A DNA stretch of 45,110 nt from Reclinomonas americana ATCC 50394 (lineage: Eukaryota): NCBI GenBank assembly GCA_048213135.1, contig PS015218.1:103817-148926 (forward strand). The letters are read 5' to 3'. Shown piece after piece: positions 10,534 to 21,513 of this stretch. Under the pieces are notes generated by a model. That model saw only the letters and a list, made by a program, of their open reading frames with translations. It made no database searches and was not told where the DNA came from. Positions within the stretch are counted from its first letter, which is position 1. Every line of letters begins with the position of its first letter. A program made the translations under genes and the position numbers.

Positions 10534-13500
10534 ATGTCGGGTGGGCAACCTACGCCGTACTCTGGCGTGTTTGGCCGTCAAGGGCCCAAGCGTGAGCGCG
10601 ATGGCGTCGATGCTGATGCTGTCTATGTGGGTGGACTTGGTCGAGGGTGCGTATGCACACACACACGCACACTCACACACTCTCGTGCACCATGCTCTCT
10701 TTCTCTCATGCATGTTTCCACGTGCGCGTGCTTGTGTGTCATCATCGTCATCGTTGTGATTGATGCATTTTTGTGCATGCATGCACAGTGCGCGTGCATT
10801 CACCACCTCGGCCGAGACTGCAGCTGTGCGGACTCAGTTCTCGTACGTAAGCCACCCTTGTGTTGTTGCGCAGCAGGCGACCTTGTCTCATTGTGTGTGT
10901 GTGTGTGCGCGCGCGCGCGTGGCAAATCAGGGCACCTCCAAGTGGACCCAGTGGTGGCGGTCGCGGCAGTGGCCTGTTTGGTCCACGTCCGGCTGGCTAC
11001 GTGCCTGGCGCAGGTCGTGGTGCTGCGCCTGCGTCGCTCACGGCTATGGATACTTGTGCGTCGCGTGATCAGGCACGTTTCTCTGTGTGCGTGTGTGCTA
11101 AAAGGCATCGTTCAATGTCGCAGTGGAACCGGCGTACAAGCGCCGCAAGATGGAGCGTGAGGGCAAGCGTGCCAACGACGAAGGCACAGTGCTCATGCCG
11201 CAGGCTCCTGCGCCGGCGCCTCCGCCAATGGGAGGTGGTGGGCGAGGAGGCCGCGACGAAGAGGGCGGTGGTGAGGACGAGGGCCAGTTTGACAACTGGG
11301 CCGGCAGCGGTGCTGGTCTGTTTGCCAACGATCCCTACGACGATGAGGACCGCGAGGCCGATTCGGTGTACCAAATGATTGACGAGCGCATGGACTCGCG
11401 TCGCCGTGACGCGCGTGAGAAGGCGCTGAAGGAGCAGATGACCAAGTTCCGCCACCAGACGCCGAAGATCCAGCAACAGTTTGCCGACCTGAAGAAGAAC
11501 CTCAGTGGTGCGCACATGCCTATTCTTCTATAAGTGGTGTGTGTTAGATGGTGCTCACTCGCAGTGTTTACGCAGTGGTGTCGGCCGACGAGTGGACTGC
11601 CATTCCCGAAATCGGCGACCGCAGCATTCGCTTCCGCAAGAAGAAGGAGATCTACACGCGCGCACCAGACTCACTGCTGGAGGTGGCGCGTGCCGAGGCC
11701 ACGCACATGACGACATTGGACGATCGGCAGCAGTCGGGTGCCGAGACGCCAATGACCGATCTCACGGCCGTCGGCGAGGCTCGTGGTACGGTCATGGCGG
11801 CCAAGCTGACAAAGCTCGCCGACTCGGTGTCGGGCCAGACGGTCGTGAATCCGCAGTCGTACCTCACCGATCTCGGCTCGCTGCAAGTGCACAGCGCCGC
11901 CGATATTAGCGACATCAAGAAGGCTCGTCTGCTGCTGAACTCGGTGACCACCACCAATCCTACACATGCGCCTGGCTGGATTGCCGCTGCGCGTCTAGAG
12001 GAGCAAGCTGGTCGTGTGGCGGCCGCTCGCACCATTATCAATCAGGGTTGCGAAGCGTGTCCTCTCAACGAAGATGTGTGGCTGGAGGCGTCGCGTTTGG
12101 CCGTTGCGTGTTTGCACTCTATCCTTCCCGCACACACACATTGCTTGATTGCCGCGCTCACGAGTTGAGGTGCAGACGCCAGACAATGCCAAAAAGGTGC
12201 TGGCGCTGGCCATCCAGAAGATTCCCACCAGCATCAAGATCTGGCTCCAAGCGGCCTCGCTGGAGAATGATGAAAAACTGAAGAAGCGCGTACTTCGACG
12301 AGGTATGCTGGTGTCGTTGTCATTGACGAGGGGGAGTGTGGTGTGAGCTGATTTGTCCGTGGCGCAGCGCTGCAACACGTGCCAAACTCGGTTCGCTTGT
12401 GGAAGGAGGCCGTCTCATTGGAGGACCCCGACGACGCTCGAATCATGCTCAGTCGCGCTGTGGAGTTACGTCAAGCCGGCAAGTCTTGTTCTTTTTTGTG
12501 GTAGTGGACTCAAGACGAGCTGTTGCGTGGTGTGCAGATGCGTGCCACAAAGTGTCGACATGTGGTTGGCGCTGGCGCGCTTGGAGTCGTACGAGAACGC
12601 CAAGAAGGTGCTGAACCGGGCACGCAAAGCGCTGCCGACAGAGCCACTGATTTGGATCACGGCCGCCAAACTCGAGGAGGCCAATGACCACGAGGACCGC
12701 ATTCAGATGATTATCAAGAACGGTATGACTGTGTGTGTTTGTGTGTGTTCTCTCCTTTTCTTGTGGTCGTCGACTCATCTCGATACGCCCACCCTCCCAC
12801 GCAGCTGTCAAGTCTCTCACGGCGCACAGTGCGGTGCTGGATCGCGAGTCGTGGATCAAAATGGCTCGTGAATGCGAGGCCTCCGGATCCGTGCAAACCT
12901 GTCAAGCCATTGTCCGCGAGACCATTGGTATGGGTATCGATGACGAGGATCGCAAGCACTCGTGGATGGAGGACGCAGAAAAGGTGTGTGGGTGGTGTCG
13001 ATATCTGGATTGGATCGTATGTTGGTTTTCATCTATGCGTTCACAGAGTCGTGCCGAGGGATTCGTGGAGACCGCCCGCGCGATCTATGCGCACGCGCTT
13101 TCCGTGTTCCGCAACAAGAAGAGTCTGTGGCTGGCGGCCGCCAATCTCGAACGCAAGCACGGACAGCTGGGTGCGTACTGTGTAACAAACAAGAAAGTAT
13201 CATGCGAGAGCCACACTCACCTCGCCACACACAGACACGTTGAACGAGTTGCTGAAGCGTGCCGTGACATTCTGCCCGCAAGCCGAGACGCTGTGGCTGA
13301 TGGCCGCCAAGGAGCGATGGTTGGCGGTTCGTAGCACGCACTACCTATCTCATGTATATCCGCGCGTCGTCTGAGATTCATTTTTCGCGTGCGCGCAGGG
13401 TGATGCCGATGGAGCACGTGTGATTTTGAGCGAGGCCTTTGCTGCAAATCCCGACAGTGAGGCCATTTGGTTGGCCGCCGTCAAGGTCGAAAGTGAGAGC

Positions 13501-14509
13501 AATGCAGTGGAGGACGCTCGTCGTCTGCTGGAACGCGCACGTGAGCATTGTGCAACGGCGCGTGTGTGGATGAAATCGGCGCAGTTGGAGCGGCAGCTTG
13601 GCGATCACGAACGACAACGGCAGCTGCTGGAGGAGGCCGTGGAGCGGTTCCCCACCGCTCCCAAGTTGTGGATGATGCTCGGTCAGTTGGAGGAGGAGAG
13701 TGGCAGCGTCGAGAAGGCTCGTGCGGCCTACATTCAGGGCATTCGCCACAACAGCGACGCTGTGCCGCTGTGGCTCTGCAGTTCACGTTTGGAGGAGAAG
13801 TCTGGAAACATCACCAAGGCACGTGCCATGCTGGAGAAGGCGCGCTCGCAGAATCCGAATGTGCCGCGACTCTGGTTCGTTCTGCCTGCTCTCATGCGTT
13901 CCTCATGTCAACACTTTTGATAACCGTTTTTTGTGTGTGTCGCAGGTTGGAAGCCATTCGAGTCGAAGTTCGTGCGTCCAGTCACAAGATGGCCGAGTCG
14001 CTGCTTGCGCGCGCCCTGCAGCAGTGCCCCAAGAGTGGCGAGTTGTGGGCCGAGGCGGTGGAGCTGGAACCTCGTGCCAGCCGGCGTGCCAGAGCGCTGG
14101 AGGCACTGAAGCACTGCTCCAGCGATGCACACGTGTTGCTGAGTGCCGCCAAGATGTTCTGGCAGGACCGCAAGCTCGACAAGGCACGTGAGTGGTTCAA
14201 CAAGGCCGTCAATGCCGATCCCGATCTCGGTGATGTGTGGGCGACCTGGTTCAAGTTTGAGCTGCAGCACGGAACACCGGTGCGTTCACGCGCATCCGCC
14301 ACTGATGTGGATGTTCTCTCTTGCTCATGTGTGTGTGTGTGTGTGTGCAGGCCCAGCAAGATGTGGTGCGTCGACGGTGTACCGAGGCCGATCCACATCA
14401 CGGCGAAAAGTGGGTGTCAGTCCTGAAGGATCCACAGTTCTGCACGGTCGGCGGCTCCCGCTTGTCGACGGCCGAGGTGCTTGAGCACGTGGCCGCTCGC
14501 ATCGAGTGA
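10534..14509 (+). CDS. PRPF6: Pre-mRNA splicing factor PRP6 (U5-102K), ~14 exons
   Basis: [82 protein letters not shown] repeats, [16 protein letters not shown] and DPHHGEKW. Confidence 0.96.
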
Positions 14510-14587
14510 TCATTCTGTATGCGTGTGCGCCGTCTGTCGGAATCCTTTGACAATACACACAGGCGAGGGTACGATTCACTCGAAAAA

Positions 14588-16284
14588 TCATGTCATTGGT
14601 GGTTTCATCGGCTTGAACCACGGCGGCGCAAAAGCGTACANNNNNNNNNNNNNNNNNNNNACTCGCTGCAGATGACGAACGCGATCGCGTTGTCGTGGCC
14701 TTTTTCCTGGACGAGCCGCAGCTGCGCGCTCGCAGCGGACCCATCACAGCGTACATGAACATGTTCGCTAGGAGAAACCGTTGCGTCTGGAGAGAGAGAG
14801 AGAGAGAGAGAGGAGGGCTCTGTTTCGAGTGGGTGTATACTGACCACCTCCGTCAACAGGAACCATTCTCGAGTTCTCATGCACCAAGTGTGTAGAACTA
14901 TGGGGCTACCAGATGTCCAAGGAGGAGCTGGAGCCAACACCCGAATACAACACAATTGCCACGTTCGTAACATGTGTCTCTCTCTCTCTCCCCATCCCTC
15001 TCCTCACACATTCTGCTGCGCAGGGCGCTGGAAAGAATGCAGGACGAAGGTGGCGGACCAGCGGCCATTGATCTCATGCTCANNNNNNNNNNNNNNNNNN
15101 NNGAGAACAGTGACGCTCCGCTCCACCGAGACGAGTGTGCGAGCGCAACTAAACACATCGACCAGCATGGTCGGCCAGTCTTGCTGAATCTGCACGAAAA
15201 CCGCCTGCAACAGGTCGGGCAACAGGGCACGAGTGGGACCCTCGAGTTTCTGCGAGCCGGACGGCACAAACGGGCCGGCGATCGGCATGTTCTTGTCGAG
15301 CCACTTGGAGCGCTGCACGTCGTCATGCAGCCGATCAAACCCGTCGTCCAGCACCGCGCCGATTCCCTCGACACGGTCGCTCTTTGCCGGCTCGTAGCCG
15401 CCGTGATATGACCTGCCAGAGGGAACTACGAAACTGTGCACACACACAGCAAGAGCGATGAGTGATGAGCGATTGATGGTCGTGCAAACAGCAACAGAAC
15501 TCGTCGCCATGAATGGTCTTGATGGTCTCCGTGTGCTTCTGACGCTCGGTGGCGGCCAGTTGGTCGGCCAGATCGTACTCTGAGTGCACGTACTTGAACT
15601 GCTGGAACAGGTGCTTCTTGTCCTCGTACTGCGTGCGCACAGCGAAGAACAGTGTGAGTCCAAGATCCGGCAACGCCGGCCCCTCCTCGTCCCTCTCCCA
15701 CCTTCTTATCGGAGAGAGCCGTGGTCAGCGTCGACACTCGCACATCATCGTACATGCGCAGCTTCTTCTCCGTCACAAAGTCCGTGTGCATATCGTCGGG
15801 CAGGTCGTGCAATCCAATGACTGAGAGATTTGAATCAATCAACATCCACAACGTCCATCGCACACACACATACACACTCGTGCACACACACGCAACAGCT
15901 GGCCTTGCCAAACACACGCTGAATCTGCTCCTGCTCCGCATTGGTGTACTCGGGGAGCACTGGAGGAGAACATGAGACACAATTTGCGAAACAACAACAA
16001 CAACAACAAACGCAACGAGAGGCGATGTTGGGTTTCAAGTAACCCGGCTCTGCCTTGCCACCCGACGAGCGTGTCACACGACTGCGCGCTGAGGCACCGC
16101 CACTGTTGTGAAAGAGCGTCTCATCGTCGTCGTCGATCTCGTGCTCCGATGAGTCCTGTGAGCGACGATCGTCGTCCTCGGCTCGACCGTATGTCGCTGT
16201 GTGAGATTGTCGGCAGGCGTGAGAGGGAGAGTGAGAAAGAGAAAGAGAGACGCAACAGGCAGTCGTCGATGGCGCCGCCGACAT
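14588..16284 (-). CDS. Uncharacterised multi-exon protein; part of the gene (14661-15082) is inverted in this assembly
   Basis: Minus-strand exons MSAAPSTT...HLFQQFKYVHSEYDLAD...QQDWPTMLVDVF continue in frame on the plus strand of 14661-15082 (NDERDRVVVAFF...YMNMFARR...AIDLML) and return to the minus strand at 14640 (MYAFAPPWFKPMKPPMT*). I do not recognise the family. Confidence 0.7.
14661..15082 (+). other. N-flanked segment inverted relative to its host gene
   Basis: Bounded by two 20-N runs. Exons and splice signals lie on + while the flanks are on -; flipping it restores one intron and one codon with no missing bases. Confidence 0.85.
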
Positions 16285-16408
16285 GATTTTGTGATTGCGC
16301 GAGCACGGTAACCGTTACTCATATTATTATTGCATCATCGCGAGAGGTTTCTCAGTCTTTCTCTCTCTCTTTCCTTCTTTCTCGTGTGCGTGTTGTGTGC
16401 AATCGAAG

Positions 16409-19400
16409 ATGACAGAGGAGCGCAAGAAGAGCGTGTGCATGGAGATTGATTTCTCTGATCGTCCGGCCTCGGCCGCCAGCTCTGCGCTGGGCGACGATGG
16501 TCTGCAGACGGCATTCCGCGGCTTTCTCAAGAAGAAAAAGGTGGGGTGCCTCCTCCTCCTCCTCCTCGTCCTCCTCTTCTCGCACGTGCCTTCCTCTTCC
16601 CTCACACACACACACGCAGGATTCGATAAGGCGCGAGTCGGAGGCGATGGACGAGGAGACGCTGCGGATGCGAGCGGATCCCGAGCGCATGCGCTTCCTG
16701 CGCGAGAAGTTCATCGACACTGCCAAGTCGTACATTGGTGTGCCGTACGGTCGCAAGTTCCACGAGGAGGGAAGTTGCGTGCACTTGCACGTGAGTTGTC
16801 GTGTTCGGGTTCCTCGTTGAGTGTCTCATCCGCCCACGCAGGCGCGCTCTACAACTCGCCGCTCTTCCTCGACTGCTGTGGTCTTGTGCGGCAAGTGGTC
16901 AACGACCTGCGGGATGACTTTGGCTTCACACTGGGACCGTGGAATCAGGGTTACCAGTTTGACACGTTGCCGGAGCGCAAGGCCAGTGTGAGTGAGCTGC
17001 AGCCGGGCGACCTCATCTTCTACAGTGCCACCTACTACCACCCGGAGAAGCGTGGCAAGCAAAAGCATGACATGGTGCATGTGGAGATCTTTTATCCTGG
17101 AGCCACTGGAATCGGCACGATTGGTTAGTGATTGAGGGAGAGGTGATCTTCATCTTCTGATCATCGTGGATGATGACGCCGTTGTGCAGGTGCTCGCAAT
17201 CCACGCGGTGTGGTCTCCATCTTTGATGACTACAAGTTTGTCAGTTGCGACCCTCCACGAGATGATCGATCACGTACATGCTGCGTGTGTTGGAGACCGC
17301 TGACTGCTTTTTTTGACATGCAGGCAAGAATTATTACGACATTCACTGGCACTTTTGCTCCATCGACACGTGGCTGATGGGCATCTGCAAGAGCTTCTGC
17401 CCGGAGCATGCGTGGTTGCGCAACACTCTCAATCCGGGCAAGAAGTCCATTTTCTCCTCGGAAAAGTTGCGAACCACCGTCACCACCACCTCGCAACTGC
17501 GTTCTCAACAGCGCTCGATAGTGCGGACGAGGAGAACGAGGAGGAGAGCGAGTACGTGGAGGAGAGTGGGGCGTGCTCGGACGATGAAGTCGAAGTCGAC
17601 GCCACCATGAGCCCTTCGTCGTCTGCACAGCAGGCGGCGGCAGCAGCTGCGGCCGCCTCGCGATTCGCCGAAGCCGTGTCGGCTCCACCACCTCCACCAC
17701 CTCAGTTCACCGACCCAGACGATGCGGTGCCTGCGGAGAGCGCCGGTGCTGCGTCGACCGTGGCGACAGCCGCGGCCACCGCCACTGCCGCCACCGCTGG
17801 TCCTGCAAAAGCTGCTGCACAGCGGCAACCTGCGAAGCGAGTCAATGGACCGGCGCCATTACGTCGAGCAGTCACCGCTTCCGGGACCTCATCGTCATCG
17901 TCGTCTTCACTCACCGCAGCAGGCGCCTCGTCCACCAACACCGCCTCTGCCGCCGCACCACGTGTGTCGCCCATGAGACGCAGCACGTCGTCCACGGCGG
18001 CGGCTTCGGTCGCCGCGCCGGCCGGTGCAGCACGGGGCCGCAAGAAGCTGTTTTACATTAACCAAGGCAACAACTGGCCACTGTTGCGTGCCATTGCTGC
18101 CGTCCACAACCAGCGCGCCAGGATGACACTAACACCTGTGAGACAACTTGTTGCAGAGTGGCCAACGTGCTCAAAGCACGCGGGTGGGAGCAAATCCCCT
18201 TTGCCGAGGGCTCACGCACCGACTACACGCTGCGCTGGGTGGAGAATCGCAGTACCACGGACTATCGCGCTTTCCGCGAGGGCAAGCAACTGGTGAATCA
18301 CATTGCCAACAACCGCATCATCACGGCGAAGAACAATCTGTACGGCACCCTGCGCGATTACGAGCGCATCAACAAGTCCATCAATCTCGCTTCGTTTGTG
18401 CCGGAGACGTTCCGGTTGGATGTGGTCGGAGAATGCCTGCAATTCTTTGAAAAGACTCGTCGTTGCGTGGCATCAACACCACCACACGAATTTGCACACA
18501 TCAGTGTTGCTCACGTCGTGCTGGCAGAGGAAGAAGCAGGGACGGCGTGGATTGTCAAGCCAGCCGGCATGAACCAGGGTCGTGGAATCTATGTGACACG
18601 CGATGTTCGCGAGTTGCGACGTGAATATCTCGGCCAAGAGGAGGTCACATGGCAGCGTGCCGAGTCGGGCTACGCCGTGCCCGAGAAGCCCCCAAGCGAC
18701 AGCGGAAGCTCCAGGTTTGAGAGCCACCACCCAATTCACACGACGATGCACTTCTGACGGACACGCGCACACATGCAGTGGCGCCGCTGCTTCCGGCACT
18801 GTCACGCCCTCAGAGAGTGCCTCGGAAGCCGACTCGGCATCCACAGCATTCTCGGCCGACGACTCGTCTGTGCGCGAGGTGTGCCGTCGTTCGCTCTTGT
18901 CCCTGATCACTCGCAATGTGTTGTTGCTCATCGTGTGCAAATGCAGGATGGCGGCGCAAGCGGCAGTGGATCCTCATCGTCAGCAGCAGCTGGCGCCTCA
19001 CGTTCGACGCCCACCAAGTTGCGTGTGCGATCGATGCTGTTGGTCGCTGTCGCTGTCAACACCCCTCATTGTTTCCCGTGCAGAGCTGCCGCACCGGCGG
19101 TCAAGAAAGAGCGAGTGGTGGGCGCTCTCCATCGCAGCAGCTTCAAGGCAGCGCACTCGCCAACCATTGTGCAGCGTTACATCGCCAACCCTCTGTTGAT
19201 CCGCAACCGCAAATTCGACATTCGCTGCTACCTCCTCGTCGCCGCCTGCGCACCACGCTATCACGTCTTCTATGCCGGTGCGCGGGTGCCGTGTATTTCA
19301 CGTTTGAGTTCGTGTCTTGCTTCTCACTGTGGGGACCAGACGGCTATCTGCGCATTGCGTCCACGGACTACGACTGTGAGCACTTGGAGGATCGCACGGC

Positions 19401-19996
19401 GCACTTGACAAACATGGCGGTGCAGAAGAGCAACCCGGATTACGAACAGCTGGACAAGTCGGCTCTCGTGATGGACTTGCCGCAGCTCGAGCAGTACCTC
19501 GTCGAGGTGGGCGCCGCACCGGCACAATGGGTGGACGACGTGTTGAAGGTGACTGTTTGCGCACGCGGACGCGAAGAGGGCGACTGCTTGCTGGTTCCAT
19601 CGTCTCACCCAAGTGTCTTGCAATGCTCGTAGCCGCGCATGAGAGAGATTTCCCGCATCATTTTTGAGAGCGCCAAGACCAAGTTTGAGCGCAAGAAGGG
19701 CTACTTTGACTTGTTCGGCCTCGACTTTTTCGTGGACGATGCCCTCAACGTGTGGCTGCTCGAGGTCAACACCAATCCGGGTTTCGGTGTCAAGGGCAGC
19801 GATATTCTGGAGGCTCAGATGCCAGCACTCGTCGAGGAGACTCTCAGTTTCGTATTGATTGGTTCCCTATCTGCCTGCCTGCGTGCGTGCATCTGCTCAC
19901 CGTGCGACAGACATTGTGTTGCGAGTGTTTGACGAGGACGAGGCACCGCCGACCAGCGAGCTGCGCATGTTTGAGCACGTGTATACGGGTCGTTGA
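16409..19996 (+). CDS. NlpC/P60-like peptidase domain fused to a tubulin-tyrosine-ligase-family (TTLL10-like) ATP-grasp ligase
   Basis: N-terminal AKSYIGVPY..LDCCGLV..LQPGDLIFY..HVEIF. C-terminal FREGKQLVNHIANN, WIVKPAGMNQGRGI, QRYIANPLLIRNRKFDIRCY, HLTNMAVQK and GYFDLFGLDF..WLLEVNTNP. About 14 exons. Confidence 0.88.
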
Positions 19997-20094
19997 GTGC
20001 CGGCGCCACCACCACTGTGATTGATCCAGTGAACAGTGTCGTTGCGTTGTACACTGCCGAGATCATCTACCCGTGTGTGGCCACGACATCTTGC
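19965..20094 (+). repeat. Direct repeat copy 1 (~130 bp)
   Basis: gcatgtttgagcacgtg...gagatcatctacccgtgtgt..atcttgc recurs at 21385-21513 with about 8 differences. Confidence 0.95.
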
Positions 20095-20411
20095 CCGGCC
20101 GCCTGCAAGACACGCAACCCAACTGGTTGTTGTGCTGGTGGGGCGGGGAGTCGTCCCTCTTAGACAACTCCCGGACGAGCCTGAAACAACTGCGCGACGC
20201 TGTGGAGCTCATCAAAGAGTACCCGTTGTCGGCGAAGAAGCTCAAGAAGTGCAAGGAGCTGATGGGACCCGACACAATGCAGTAGCAGCATGGACAGTTG
20301 TCAAGTATGGTAAGCTCTGGTCAGCGATAGTGTGCTGCGAACTGTCGGGTACACTGATTGATCCTGAAAACTGTTGCCAGATCTAGAAGCTGCCAGTCGA
20401 AAAACGAGCTA

Positions 20412-21214
20412 CTACAAGCCAGCAAACAGCCGTCGCTGGAGCGTCGTCGGATGCTGTGGGGCCGCGTCCAGCAGCAGCTGCTCTTCGCGCTGGGCGTTCT
20501 CTTGTTTGAGGAGAAGCAATTCCTCCCGCACAACCGCCAGCATTGGTAGGAAACGCTCCTGGAACTTTCCAAGCAGGTCGTCGATCTCCCGCATTGCTTC
20601 TTCAAACTTCTCGTCCGGGCACGGGGCGCCGAACCAACTGCTGCTGGGCGGCAGCACGTCCACCGTCTCGATGAGCACGAAGCGGATGAAACGAGTCGTA
20701 CGCCACAGGCATTCTTGCTGCCAGTCAGTCAGACGGCAGGAGCCGTCACTGGAGTCGCGTCCATATCGTACAGCCAGGTCTGTGGTGGTGGCCAGAGATA
20801 TCAGAAAATCAAACGCCCCACATGTGCATCGTGGAACCTCACCGAGCATCTCCAGAAGCAGACGCGCATTCGCCGTCACTCCAACTCCACGACGATTGGC
20901 GTCGTGTACAGGCCACCTGGCCACAGCCAGTTCGACTACAGCGGTGTGGTCAGCACAGCATTGCACAAACGTCCACACAAGACACACCAATACCTTCTTC
21001 AAGCTTTCGACGAGTCACAACAGCATATGCCTCCAAGTAATTCTGTGCGATGAGGAGATCGATGAGGAATGGTGGTTGTTGCAATTGGCCATGGGCGCGG
21101 ATGATAGTGATTCTCACTCTCGTCCACAAGAAGAAGCACACACAAAAAAGGACAGCGACACACTGACTGGGAGAGTACAGAGAAGGGCGAGAAGAAGGGG
21201 ACGAATCGCACCAT
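20412..21214 (-). CDS. Putative orphan intron-containing gene inside the repeat-flanked insert
   Basis: Reading frame ...FLIDLLIAQNYLEAY..KLEE|VELAVARW..LLEML|DLAVRYG..EKFEEAMREIDDLL..FAGL* with two clean G|GT..AG introns. The 5' end is uncertain and no domain is recognisable. Confidence 0.45.
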
Positions 21215-21384
21215 CTTATTGGTGACGCCTTGCACGGATTTCTGGCAGTAGTGGGTGGGGGACAGGGGGCAGTGCCCTGCTTGAGGTGGGGGGCGCAGCT
21301 TCCGCGAACAGGCCTCCACAGCTCACAAGAAGACTCCAGAACTGATAACACTCGGTTTACATAAGAAACCGACCTGCTCAGAAG

Positions 21385-21513
21385 GCATGTTTGAGCACGT
21401 GTACACGGATCGTTGAGTGCCGGCGCCACCACCGCTGTGACTGATCCAGTGAACAGTGTCGTCCGTTGTACACTGCCGAGATCATCTACCCGTGTGTTGC
21501 CACGAGATCTTGC
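21385..21513 (+). repeat. Direct repeat copy 2 (~129 bp)
   Basis: Matches 19965-20094 and overlaps the stop codon of the GTPase fusion gene. Confidence 0.95.

Noticed and set aside
19982-21496. Both convergent genes end in TGR* (HVYTGR*, QHTGR*)
   Set aside because: The match is too short to distinguish from chance.
19965-21513. LTR/TRIM retroelement
   Set aside because: The repeats are host gene ends rather than TG...CA LTRs, and no PBS, PPT, gag or pol is visible.
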